A DNA stretch of 64,000 bases from Octopus sinensis (GCF_006345805.1 NC_043008.1:43338001-43402000), one strand, 5' to 3'; shown: positions 21,263 through 34,829, numbered from the stretch's first letter. The notes: generated by a model from the sequence alone, not told the origin. Numbers and translations are program-made.

Positions 21263-21391
21263 ATAACTTACAGCTGTTTCAGCCCATAGATAAAAGTATC
21301 TCATTCTGTCTATATTAGTCAAGTGTATTGAGATAATAGGCAGATGAAAATGAGGCACTTATATATATCTCTTGGCTTCGTCAGAGATTAT
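21263..21391 (-). ncRNA. Type I hammerhead ribozyme motif with extended stem II
   Basis: Minus strand ATAATCT-CTGACGA-AGCC-(89 nt)-GGCT-GAAA-CAGCTG-TA^-AGTTAT: canonical core, palindromic ACAGCTGT stem III, GUA triplet, bulged stem I. Confidence 0.65.
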
Positions 21392-22394
21392 AAAGTAAAA
21401 TGATAAATATAAATATAAATATAAAATAGACAAAATACACACATTTTGTATGTTATATATATATATATATATTGAAGGTTCTTTTTTCTTAATTGATATA
21501 CAAGATATGAAAAGTACTATTTTCTCAAAGAAATGATAAAATACAGCTGAAATCCATTTATCTTTTTTTCTTTATTTGTGTGCGTATGTGTGTGTGTGTG
21601 TGTGTGTGTGTGTTGTTAGTAATAGAGAAAACAACAAATAGAAGAAGATAAGGATTTAAGCTATGTTCTCCAGTTTCTAAGCAAAGGTCAGACTTCTTTT
21701 AATTTCTGTATAGAAAGAAAAGGAAAAAAACAAAGCAACACCTGCATCACTTCTGACTAATTAATTTTTTGATGTTTTCTCTTTTGCTTGTTTCAGTCAT
21801 GCTGGAGCACTGCCTTGAGGGATTTTAATCGAACGAATTGACCCCGCTTCTTATTTTGTTTAAAGCCTGGTATTGATTCTATCGACCCCGTTTGTCGATT
21901 GACGGGGGCATATGCACACTAACATCGGTTGTCAAGCGGGGGGTGGAGGTCAAACAGAGACACAAAAAACCCCCTCCACCCCACATATATGTTTGCAAGG
22001 GATTCTTTCAGTTATCGTATACCAGATCCACTCACAAGACATTGACCGACCTGAATTTATATTAGAAGACACTTGTCCAAGGTGCCACACAGTGGGACCG
22101 AACCCGGAACCGTGTGGTTGGGAAGCAAACTTCTGACCACACTGTACATTATTAAGAACTTTCTCTCAGGCGTTGTTAGTCGTGATGCCTCTACAATAAA
22201 CCAATATCGAGATCGATAAACGTTATCAGATCAAAATTCTCGCCAAACAAATTTTAAATCAAATATTGTTTCATTGATTGGTTTCACATATTGACTAAAA
22301 CCATCATTTATATATTTACAGTTTATATATCTAAATACTTTTCGTTTTTGGATTTGGTTTGCAAGATTCTTTATGTGAGTTCGTGTGTTGAAGC

Positions 22395-22652
22395 ATATTC
22401 TGTTGTGTCTGGGGAGAGTCATTTTCTTTTTGTGCCTTATAATCTAACACACTCACCGGCAAAATTTCCACTTGTTTCTTATTTTTATTTTCCTAAAATT
22501 TTCGTTGCGTCTCAAGACTATTGAAAAGGTTGCAAGACTCAACGAAAATTTTAGGAAAATAAAAATAAGAAATAAGTGGAAATTTTGCCGGTGAGTGTGT
22601 TAGATTATAAGGCACAAAAAGAAAATGACTCTCCCCAGACACAACAGAATAT
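22395..22652. mobile_element. Foldback MITE-like element with 118-bp inverted arms
   Basis: Arms 22395-22512 and 22535-22652 are almost perfectly complementary. Confidence 0.9.
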
Positions 22653-22767
22653 CTAAATACAGTTTGCATACCTAAATTTGACAGTTTGCAAAAAGTGAAA
22701 AGAAAATGCAATATGTCATCCAAAAATGAAATTTTAAAAATATTAGATTATGGCTGGAGATAACAGT

Positions 22768-23147
22768 TTATTCAAAGCAACCACCCTCACCTTCCACCAC
22801 AGCTCAAAACATCTCCGGAACCTGGCGCATGCGTTCCTCACTGTGCCTTTGAACATCTCCTTGATCTTGGCGACCATCTCGACTTTGGCGTTGCAGACAG
22901 AGTTCTTGCTGTCTTTCTCAACTGTGCTGTGCCCAACACGTAGTAATCCTTGGTATTACAATCGGCAGAATATGGCGATCGGGAATTAAGTCATAGAAAT
23001 TCTCCGTCAACGACTTCTGACTCTTTCATGGGGTTAGGGTTAGGAGCTGAATCCTACTGCCACACATATGGTCTTTCAGCAACAATCCTCTCCAGGGTTT
23101 CACGAATAGTCTCCAGCAGCTTCAAATAACCGTTTGAGTTGAGGCCA
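22768..23147 (-). mobile_element. Tc1/mariner-superfamily transposase C-terminal relic (maT/DD37D-like)
   Basis: Minus frames LNSNGYLKLLET...RPYVWQ*DSAP...ENFYD...SADCNTKDYYVLG...KIKEMFK...RNACARFR; third catalytic residue is D. Confidence 0.75.
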
Positions 23148-23999
23148 AATCATCTCACAAGGCTTTGGTCGGCCCGAAGCTATATAGTAGAAGACACTTG
23201 CCCAAGGTGCCACGCAGTGGAACTGAACCCGGAACCATGTGGTTGGTAAACAGTCTACTTACCGCACAGCCACTCCTGCACCTATATATATATGTGTGTG
23301 TGTGTGTGTGTATATATATATTTTGTTGTATTACGAGAGGGTCATTTATTTTTATCAAATAAACACACGCACTATATATCCGCTTTTCACTCGCTTATTA
23401 CTTTTATTCTAATTCATGTCCATTGTTCGGAAATCTTTCGTCACACATACACGCACATATACGCACATATATACACATGCATATCTTTACACACACATAA
23501 ACACACACACACACACTCACATACACACATGCATACACACTCATACATATATGTGTGTGTGTCTGCCTGTGTGTGTGTGTGTGTGTTCGTGTGTTTTGTG
23601 TCGTTGTGTCGCTGCGTGTGTCATGTTTTGTCAGCCAATGAAGCTCTCTTAACCTAAAACGCCAACAATTCCAGTCGCTCCGTTTGGCTAATTCTCGCTG
23701 TCTGCATCCCCATCTTTTCATCTCTCTCTCTCTTCCTCTCACTCAACCTTTCTCTCTTATTGTCTGCTTCTCTCTCCCTCTCTCTCAGTTTCTCCCACTC
23801 TCTTTGTCAAGTTGTCGTGTTCCGTTATATTGTCACGGTTGAATGATGAAGGGAAATGTCACACAACTCACTGAATTCTTTCACATGCTTCACTGAACAG
23901 AGCGATGGAGGCGGAGAAGGTAGTGGTGGTGGTGCTGGTGGAGGAGGAGATGGGGTGAGGTAAAGGTGGCGAGAGGGAGAGAAAAAGAGAGAGAAAAAC

Positions 24000-24042
<43 letters not shown>

Positions 24043-24172
24043 CACACAGATTGCTAAATAGGCAGATTGATAGATTAGTAGAGAGACAAATAGGCAGACA
24101 GATTGACAGATTTAGACTCACTGTCTTTCTGTCTGTCTGTTTGTCTCTTTCTCTATATATATATAGAGAGAA

Positions 24173-24224
<52 letters not shown>

Positions 24225-24645
24225 CATGTAAGAAATAAAAAAAGAGTGTGTAATAAGGATGAAACAGGTAAAATGTGTTTTGAGTGAGAGAGAGAGAGAG
24301 CTTGAGAGAGGGAGGGAGAGGGAGAAGAAAGGAAAGAAAGAAATGGAGAAAGAAAGAAAGCGAGGGTGAGAGAGAGAGAGAGAGCGAGAGAGAGAGCGAG
24401 AGAGAGAGAGAGACCTGCAGGAAAAAGAGAGATTTGACTCTATCTTCGAGTATATTTATATATGCCAGTGTGAGTCTGTTTATGTGCAAGATGTATGTGG
24501 TAGTATGTGTGTGTGTATGTGTGTGTATATTTGTGTTCGTATGTGCTTCTCTGCGTGTTTGTGTTTAGAAGTGTATGTGTGTGTGTATATGTGTTTGGTT
24601 TCCAAAGTTGTATTAAAATTGCTTAAAAAACATTTTTACTTGTCA

Positions 24646-24680
<35 letters not shown>

Positions 24681-24859
24681 GTGTTTGTGGGTGCATGTGT
24701 TTGTGTGTGTATGAGTGTATGTGTCAAGGGAAGTGGCAGGGGGGATGGAGGCGTAGTTTAAAGGTCTTTTATTAAAGAAGAGGAAGCAAAAAAAAAGAAA
24801 GAGAGAAAATAAGTGAAAGCGAGAGACTTTGATAAAGATGGAAAATAGAAGAATGAATG

Positions 24860-24891
<32 letters not shown>

Positions 24892-27800
24892 GAGAGAAAC
24901 ACTAAAATGACGAAGAAAGGCGGGGGGTTGGGTGTAGACCAGGGTGGGTGTGGGTGGTTATGAATGATAAAAGAAAAAAAAAAACGAACGTAACTGCAAA
25001 AGTGAGAATGACAGCCCGAAAGATGAAAAAAAAAAAAAATGAAAGATAAAAACTGGAATTGAAGACGAATGAGAGAAAGAAAGAAAGATTGGGAAAAAGA
25101 TTAGGAATTGGTAAAAGAAAAAAATTGAAGTCTGTTGTAGAATTTTATCAAGATTTTACCGGTTGGAATAAAAGAAATAAACGTTGATCTGTGCGGATGG
25201 ATAACAATACATTGGCGATTGTGAGGAAAATTATATAACACACCTTATAGCAGAGTGATTAATGAAATATATAGGGAAGTATTAGCAGAGTAAAATAATG
25301 GCCTTGGTAGAAGATATAGGCTCTGGAGAGAAGAAGTCGGTTCATTAAGCCAATGATCGCAATTTCAACTCGGGTGACGTTTAACTTCAGTGACGTCATA
25401 ACCTTGTATTCTTTCTGTGTATTTGTTATTCAGTTTAACTTGTAAATAATTTAGATTTCAAAGTTATCTCTCTTGATTGTTTCAAAAAGAATTAATAATT
25501 AAGGGTAATTATTGTCATTTTTTCATTACAGGGTTAATTTCACTTCATTAAGCCTCTGTTTTACTCTCTAAATTAAGTATGTTTGCCTGCACTTAACTAT
25601 ATACTTTCTTTATAGAGAAGGCAACCCTGAAAAATTTTCTCACGTCTGGATATCGATCAGAGCAAGTACGGATGTGTGGTAAGAAGTTTCTTTCCCAACT
25701 ACATGGTTGCGGGTTCAATCCCACACGGCGTGGCATCTTGGGCAACTGTTTTCTCCTGCAGCTTTGGGCCGACCAAAACCGTCTGAGTGAATTTGCTAGA
25801 CGGGCTCTAAAAGAAGTCCGTCGTGTGTGTGTACTAGTGTCGCACCACCGCTTGATAATCGGTGCTGGAGTGTTTTCGTCTCAGTAACTTAGCAGTTCGA
25901 CAAAAGAGACTGGTACCATAAACACCAGGCTTTGAAAAAGTAAGTCCTGGGGTTGATTCGTTCGACTAAAATTCTTCAAGGTGATGCTGCAGCATGGCCG
26001 CAGTCAAATGACTGAAACAAGTAAAAAGATAACAAAAATATGATGATTAGTGAACAAAGAAAATTACTTTACACACCATCGATCGTATCAATCAATCAAT
26101 CAATCAATCAATTCTGTATATCAATATATGTTTATAAGAAAATCGATTTGTGTTTATTTAGTATTTAACCCCCAGACACAACCTGCGTGCTCAACAACCA
26201 GCTTATCCTAGTTTCGGAGTAACTTTATCTCATTTCGTTTAAGTGGGGTAATAACTATGTGTATTAATTTAACCACCCGGATGTCTATGTCTAAGCTAAT
26301 ATGTAGAACACACTTAGTGATATAGATCTGGTTGTATTGATTTGAATTTACTTAACATAGAGCAGATCAATTAATTAGTTAATTGTTGGTAGGAATATGT
26401 TTTTAACTAAAATAATTGGAACGTTTAATCAGTGAAGAGCATAAATGAGTGAATACTGACAATATCGCTATTTCCATTAACTGCTTTTAATTTATGTTCT
26501 GTAACAGAATGTCATTCGTGAATAGCGTACAATGAGACAATGCAGTGCTGTTTTAAAGAGAGCTACCTGGAATTAGTAATTAGGTAATGGTCAGCGATGA
26601 GTGAGAATCGGATGTGGAGATTCGGAAGTGCCAATAAGAAAAGATGACCGAAATTAATCTCATAAGAAGGTAGTCAATAACATCATGTCAAGGATTTTCT
26701 TGAAGTTTGTGAAGGGAAATTCTACAGAATATTTGTAGGTTATTACTAATACTGATTTTGAATTTTTGCACAAGGCCTGCAATTTCTGGCGAGTGGTGCT
26801 CAACTGGTATTTGTTTATAGACCCCCCACCCGCGAAAGGCTGAAATTTAAAGTCGCCCATGACGAAGTTTGAGCTCAGAAAGTGAAGGTGGACGATATGC
26901 CGCCAAGCCTAGCGGACATTAATTATTAAGGAATTTACTGAAAGCATGAGAAAATTATACAATCATATAAATTCATGTTGTTTATTGAAAAGTATATTTT
27001 ATATAAGCGCAATCGTGGCTGTGCGGTAAGAAGCCTGCTTCCCAACCACGCAGTTTCGGGTTCAATTCTATGCGAGGCAGCTTGGACAAGTGTCTTTTAT
27101 TATAATTTCCGGCCGACTAAAGTCTTGTGAGTGGATTTGGTAGACGCAAACTGAAGGAAGCCTGTCGTTTATATACATGCGTGTGTGTGCTTTCGTGTAC
27201 GTGTGTGTGTCTTTGTGAGTGTGTATGTATTTTTGTATGTGTGTGTGTGTGTGTATGTGTGTTTGTTCCCACCACCGGTTGACATCAGGTGTTGGTGTGT
27301 TTACGTTCTCGTAATTTAGCGGTCCCGTCAAAGATACCGATAAGTACCAAGCTTTGAAAAAATCTTGGCGCTTATCGATTAATGCTGGGGAAGATTCGTT
27401 CGACCAGAATTCTTTAAGGTGGTGCCCCAGTATGGCTGTAGTCTAATGACTGAAACAAGTAAAAGAGTAAAAGATATGTAATAGACAGTTTAACAGTTTC
27501 AAGAAAGGACAACCTGTGGCGTCTTGTATTGTGATTATAAAGTAACATTGAGACAAGGTCACTGGCGCTAAACAAATTAAAGACCTTAGGCGCTGCCCTA
27601 CTTTTATACGATATGCGAATGGCAAGAAGGTGGTTATTTATAGAATTAAATGGCAAAATGTGGAATGTAGAAGCCTATTCCTTAATGGCTTCTAGTCTTG
27701 GCCGAATGGACGAATATCTTAATGATATTCCTCATCTTTTTTTCTCGTTTTTGGCTTTAAAACTTTTCTGGAAGCTATTTTTTACTTTGCATATTTTTGT

Positions 27801-28494
27801 CTAACATAAATCATTTTAGAATACATTAAAAGAAAAAAAAAACAAAAAAGAAAAAAAAAGAAGCAACAACATAGATAAAGATGGACACTTATCAAGTCTC
27901 GAAGCCATATTTCAAAATGGAGGTTTTATGTGTTTACCTTTCCTTGTAGACAAAAGCTCTCCATATTAATCTTTTAGTAAAGAATTTCTTTCCTGCATGA
28001 TAAATTTGAGGAATTTCTCTTGGAGAGACTAGCAAGAATGGCAATATTTCCACTTGTTGGTAATATTAAGTGTTTCACAGAATTTCAGATTTCTATATTC
28101 TTAGTTCCTAAAGTGCCTTACCCTAGGGAGCGCTATATATATTATCCACGAATGGTGGTCATTGATTTTCTAGTCATTCGACCGCTAAAACAACAAACAC
28201 CAATTTCTCACTCACAAACTCTTACAAAAACAACTTTCCAACATAACATTTTGGTAGAGTTCTTCCCAGCACCATATATATTAGAGATTTATTTATTTAT
28301 TTATCTATTTACTTATTTATTTATTTATTTATCTATTTATTTATTCATTGTTGGAATGTCTGCTGATGTTTGCGCAGATTGATGCTTTGGCGGCCGATCG
28401 TTTCAGCTTTTACAGGGTTCGACACGAAAGAGCTTTATAGATAAAGTATGGGACTTATATGCTTATATGTATACATGTATGTATGTACGTATGT

Positions 28495-28870
28495 ACGTAT
28501 GTACACACACACAAACATATACGCACACACACGCACACACATACATACACACGCACACACACACACACATACACACGCATGCACACACACATACATACAC
28601 ACGCACGCACGCTCACATACATACACACGCACGCACATACATACATACACACTCATGCACACACACTCACACATTCACGCGCGCACACACACGCTCACAC
28701 ATACATACATACGCACGTACACACACCCACACACACGTGTGCACAAACATACACGCACGCATGCACACACACATATACGCACACATACACACACACCTAC
28801 ACACACATGCACACACACACACACACCACACATACACGCGCACTCACACAAACATATACACACACACATC
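28495..28870. repeat. Degenerate (CA)/(CG)/(CATA) microsatellite
   Basis: Direct inspection. Confidence 0.9.
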
Positions 28871-29739
28871 ATAAAGAAGTCAGGTGGTATGAGGGGTGAA
28901 CATATCTATTTAATCCTTTCTCATTCATCGGATAACGCCCGTTCCGCCGCCTTTTTCATGAAATAATAATTTCAGAGCAAAATAAATTGTTTCTATGTAA
29001 AGACGGTGAGCTGTCAGATTCGTCAGCGCATTGGACAAAAAGCTTAGCGGCATTTCGCCGGTCTTCACGTTTCTGAGTTAAACTTCCACGTGGTCACATT
29101 TTCCTTTCATCCTTTCGGAGTCGATAAAATAAGTATGAGCTGAACACTATTATTTGTTAATGCTTTCCCCTCCATTTCTCTTCCATATTCTGCATTATAA
29201 GGAGCAGCAGCGACTCCATATTGAACATGTACGGTCAGCTGACGTGACGCTGTCGTGCTGCTGTTTCCGACATTACCGTTTGAGTCGTGTAGTTTACATA
29301 AATTTTTCACCGGATTTCATAAACAGAAATTCGACGGAGTCAATGTGCTAATGCGAAATTTTTGGTTTTAAGATCAAAGTGTATTAATTAACAGAGAACC
29401 TTTAATATCTAATGATGTATAATTCCTTTCTTTGCTGAGATAATGATTGGTGATTGGAATTTTAATGTAAGATTGTTAATGAGAGACGAGTAAAAATGAC
29501 TAACACAACATAACGAGATATCCTGCGGGCCTTTTCAGAATACCATCCATAAAACATTAATGAGCTGCATCTATCAGCTATGCATAGAAGTGTATATATT
29601 TCTATATAGTTTTGCATGTATTTACGCATGCATATATATACAGTTTGTTTAATTCACACTATATATATATGTGTGTGTGTATATATATATACTTATATGT
29701 ATAAACATATAAACGTATGTAAATATACATATATATATA

Positions 29740-29772
29740 TATTATATATCTATAATATAATATATAATATAT

Positions 29773-29823
<51 letters not shown>

Positions 29824-29826
29824 ATA

Positions 29827-29904
<78 letters not shown>

Positions 29905-29955
29905 ATACACATATATATATACACACATATATATATATATATATATAAATATACC

Positions 29956-29987
<32 letters not shown>

Positions 29988-30000
29988 TGTGTGGTATATA

Positions 30001-30075
<75 letters not shown>
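29740..30075. repeat. Long interrupted (TA)n array
   Basis: Direct inspection; similar arrays at 33995-34400, 41530-41600, 48290-48405. Confidence 0.95.
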
Positions 30076-30077
<2 letters not shown>

Positions 30078-30362
30078 TACATGCAAGTATGTGTGTTGTT
30101 TGTATGTATGCATTTGTGTATGTAAATACGCGAATATCTACATATGTGTTATCGTATGCAAGTATGCATTTCTGATATACAGTATGCGCGTTTGTATGCT
30201 TGTGAGGGCGTCTATATGAATCTGTGTGCGAACATATAAAAGTGCACAACACACCTAAGCAAGAAACTGTATATAAATTTGTGTATATACAGAATATATT
30301 TGATTAATCATAGCATAGCTATAGGCAAGAAACATAGCTGTACAGACATATACATACATACA

Positions 30363-30393
<31 letters not shown>

Positions 30394-30397
30394 GTGA

Positions 30398-30445
<48 letters not shown>

Positions 30446-30507
30446 ATATATATATAAATATTAATATTTCTAAGTCTCTCTAAAGAAGACTACGACAGCG
30501 GTACTGG

Positions 30508-30669
30508 ATATGAATAGTTATCGCCAAGCTAACATGGCAGTCCAGAAAAATAGGACGAATGCTGCTGTTGATTAGCTCCAAGCGGCAATGGCCTCTTGGA
30601 GCTAATCAACGGTAGCATTCGTCCTATTTTTCTGGACTGCCATGTTAGCTTGGCGATAACTATTCATAT
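30508..30669 (+). repeat. 75-bp inverted repeat (internally deleted member of the 9128-9373 foldback family)
   Basis: Arms 30508-30582 / 30595-30669, 12-nt loop, two mismatches. Confidence 0.95.
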
Positions 30670-30700
30670 ATATATATATATATTATATATATATATTATA

Positions 30701-30743
<43 letters not shown>

Positions 30744-31029
30744 CATACATACCATATATATATAATATATGAGCAGTTTCGGCGAATGTTGATGTTCGCT
30801 TCGCGATCTTGAGATTTCGGGATCAAATCTACTGCATGGCTATTTGGGCAAGTAACATTTTCTATTGCTATGGCTTTCTTTCTGGAATTGTTTCTGGTAA
30901 AGAAGCGAGTTGGACAGAGCTGGTCTTCCCCGTGTTTCCTGCGTCGATCTGTATTCATTTGGTATTTCGGATAAAAACTTGTTTTCTAAATGTCTTTAAA
31001 AAAAAGAAAACAACTCACACCTAAACCTT

Positions 31030-31480
31030 GCAAAGCGCAGATGTTGGCCGACAGAATTTTGAATAGTTGTGGGCCCTTGAAATCTTTGTTGTTACAGAAT
31101 CGGGTCTTTTCTCTAGATGGAGAGGTAGGGTGTCTTTGGTACTATGCAGTGACATCTAGATCAGTGGTTGGTAACGGTTTCAATCTCAAAACTTGAAGCT
31201 ACACCTTCCGGGCGGGTCCATATCAGTGCATATCTTTCGCTCCTCCAATCTAGGGAATACAGCCTCAGTTTTTTTAACTTTATCCAGTGGCTCATCTGTT
31301 GCAATCTGCTTTGTCTAAAGGCGCTGGATTGCATCGAGTTCCGCTGTGACGACCACAGTAATCCAGGCAGCCGAGAAGGAATGCTCTCCATTGCTGTAGC
31401 ATGGTATCCTTTTCCTTGGTTCTGAACGATCTGAGGATCCACTCAACCACTCTGCCGCCCAGCCATCTTGGTGATATGCA
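31030..31480 (-). mobile_element. CR1-type LINE ORF2 C-terminal fragment
   Basis: Minus frames FRTKEKDTML...LDYC, MSHWIKLKKLRLYSLDWRSERYA and FKGPQLFKIL resemble CR1 C-terminal motifs. Confidence 0.75.
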
Positions 31481-32138
31481 CATGATACGTGGAATATCTC
31501 CTCGATTTAAATTCTATATTTGGAAGCTTCTAAATTTGGTTCTTGTATTTCAAGTGTTTAAACATATTTGTTTGCATTATTTATTAAACTTATTATATCC
31601 TTAAAAAAATGATGATATTATTTTCAGCATGGATTTCTAAACTCTTCTTTTAACCTTCTCTCTTTTTTTTTCTTTTATTAACCTTTCAAAAAAAGTGATC
31701 TTCCGATTTTTACTCTTTGATCATCAGAAATTTTGAATTTTCAAATAAAAAATAAAATTTAATATAACAAAAATAATTTTTCTCCGTAAAATTTTTAAAA
31801 ATCGGAAAATGTTGGGGATTTCAAAAACTTCCTCACTACTTTTATTTCTTTATTTCTTTATTTATTTATTTATCTAATTATTTATTTATAACGTTTTTAT
31901 GTGTAAATATATTTTGTGGGCATTTCAAAGCATTACTGATTTACACTTTCTGGAAATTTCAAATACTCTTGTTTCGGCTTAAAATTTAATTAACGAGGAA
32001 AATATAATTATATATGCACATGAAATATATTTATATATTCCAAATGGAATCGAAATATATTTAGTTGCAAAAATAAAAAGTGCCGCGGCTATAAATTCTC
32101 TAACATAATCAGTTTCTGAATTGAGTATTTCCGCATGT

Positions 32139-32205
<67 letters not shown>

Positions 32206-32414
32206 ACACACACTCGCGCATGCACGCACACACACACACATGCATATGCTCATGTATGCGTACTGTATATGTGTGTGCGGTGCATGTATATATGTACATA
32301 CATACTTCCATAATACACACACGCACACAGTCAAGCAGACACACACACATATATACATACATATGTGCATATATACATACATGCACACACGCGCACGTAT
32401 ATGTATATATATAG

Positions 32415-32520
32415 CTCAAAGTGATGGACCCAGATCTCATCTCCTGTGGCTATACTTTCCAAAAAAGCTTCGCCTTCATTGTTTCGGCGGTCGAATAACC
32501 GTTCACAGATCTCCACACGA
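32415..32520 (-). mobile_element. Mariner transposase fragment (first catalytic D region)
   Basis: EICERLFDRRNNEGEAFLESIATGDEIWVHHFE resembles the mariner IVTGDETWVHHYE motif. Confidence 0.8.
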
Positions 32521-32774
32521 TGGCGCTTTTATGGCATCCAACTCACACAGACTTTACGAAAGTGAAGCTTGTAGTGGACAATTTCGTATGAAGAACCTCG
32601 GCTCATTTCTAGAGAACATGCCACCTTATCGATGGGGTCTCTCGACGATTTGCCAGAACCAACTCAACCACATATTTACAAACACCGAAAAACCCCTTAA
32701 GTCAAGAAGTCTTATTGCTTTGTTAGTGACCGGCGTGAACTCTCTCAAGAAGAATTTGAATTAAACTCAATGAA

Positions 32775-33100
32775 AAACATACATACATACATAATGATGA
32801 TGGCCGTCCACTCGTGACCGAGAAAGACCATTGCTGACCTTCAAGAACATTGTGCGCTCTAGGACTAACTTATATTTTGCATTTGTGGCTCTGTTGGTGG
32901 CTAATGAGCCCTGCTCTTGACAAGCATACACGACTGCAAACATTGCAGACCAAGCTTTCCCCATTCACTACACTGGCAGTGAGCTTTCAAGCAGCACACT
33001 TAAGTTCATCATGCTGGATACGTGCTCTCTCAAAGGTGTCGACACCCTCCTTAACCTGCTTCCTCCATCTATAGCGATGACAGGCATTGTTCTCCCAGCC
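32775..33100 (-). mobile_element. RTE (BovB-like) LINE 3' end
   Basis: HRYRWRKQVKEGVDTFERARIQH...LVCNVCSRVCLSRAGLISHQQSH* (C-terminal C2H2-like finger), then a short 3' UTR ending in CATCATCAT/(TATG)n. Confidence 0.75.
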
Positions 33101-34040
33101 AGTCTTCTGCATATCACAGGCCTTAATACATACATTCAAATATACATACATACACACATTTAGGCTTAAAATTTTGTGCTACCGAAGAATAGTGACACGT
33201 GTTCTCTGATGAAGCACAAGTGTCTCGAAATAGCGTCTTATTATCTTAGTGTTGCTCACACACACATAAACACCCACATCACATGTATGTATATATGAAG
33301 CTATTATACACAAAATGTTACCGACACAGGAAAAACTGATTGAAAAATCTAATATTTTTGCCGGCATTTTTTTGATTGAAAGATAAAAGGCTGGTGATTT
33401 ACAAGATATTGGTAAGTAATAAAGCTAATTATCATGTTTTCGTTATATATGAAGGACAAAATCATAATATTTTCTATTCGATGTCTGTACAGTACAACAG
33501 TATGTTATATATTTGTAGAATCGCTATAGAAAACGCGGACTTATATTGTAGCAATGGAGTTACGTTCAGTAAAAATCAAACCAGCGAACAGTCTCTGCTG
33601 GTTCTCTGCGAAAGAGGTTTGAATCAGCATCATCAGACGAAAATGGGCAGATTAGACAAACACTGTATTACAATTCTTCATCGTTTTTGTGTTGGATCCG
33701 TTTTTAGTTCTGACTGTGCCATTGTGCCATACAAAAAAAAAACAAAACAAAAAAAAACACAGATGACAACAACGCCAGTGAAATGCAAAACTAAGATAAT
33801 GAGACGCTGATATCAGAATAGAATGCTTCGCGCACATCTGTTTCGAAATACTTGTGCCTCATCAGAGTAAACGTATCACGATCCTTCGATAACACACAAC
33901 ATTTTCTAAATCCCTCTAGAGAGTAGATTCACAACAATCCTAGTTTACATATAATACATTACATTGTTTTGTAGTAAATTATACGAACGAGCGCGTGCAC
34001 ACACACATACTATATATATATATGTATGTATATATGTATG

Positions 34041-34071
<31 letters not shown>

Positions 34072-34074
34072 TAC

Positions 34075-34127
<53 letters not shown>

Positions 34128-34198
34128 TACATATATATACATACATACATATATATATACATACATATATATATATAATATCTATATATATATATAAC

Positions 34199-34246
<48 letters not shown>

Positions 34247-34331
34247 TATATATATATATATATATATACATACATATATATATATATATATAACATATAT
34301 ATATATGTATATATACACACATATATGCATA

Positions 34332-34374
<43 letters not shown>

Positions 34375-34829
34375 TACACATACATATATATGCGTATTTA
34401 TAAGTCTATGTTGCCTATCTATATCACCAAACCATCAGTCGATCAATCGATCGAAACACTCAATATATCTATCTATCTGTCTGTCTCTTTCTCCACAAAG
34501 CACGCACACACACATAGACACACATTTTTACGCATCTATGTACACATACATATGTATATATTGTGTATATTGGGACAATTTCTTGCAAGTTATATCCTAT
34601 GTAACTCTCCAAGAGCACATCGTCAGGGAAAGGAAAGCTTATGGACAATTATTTCATGTACCAGGACCAGTCCTTAGAAATAATTAACCACCGTAGTTCA
34701 GTCTTTGTTAATCTGACGTAAAGAGTTGTTCATACTTTATAATATTTTTACATTGGACACTTCCCGATTAAGTATTTTTTGCTAATTATAGTCTGTTTAG
34801 CAGCTGTAGTTCATTTCAAGATACATCTC

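Noticed and set aside
33376-33810. 144-aa + strand ORF
   Set aside because: TTG start, no recognisable domain, runs into a poly-A stretch
28448-34687. Many long H/T, Y/I and V/C-rich ORFs in the ORF track
   Set aside because: Stop-free frames of (CA)n, (TA)n and (TG)n repeats, not genes
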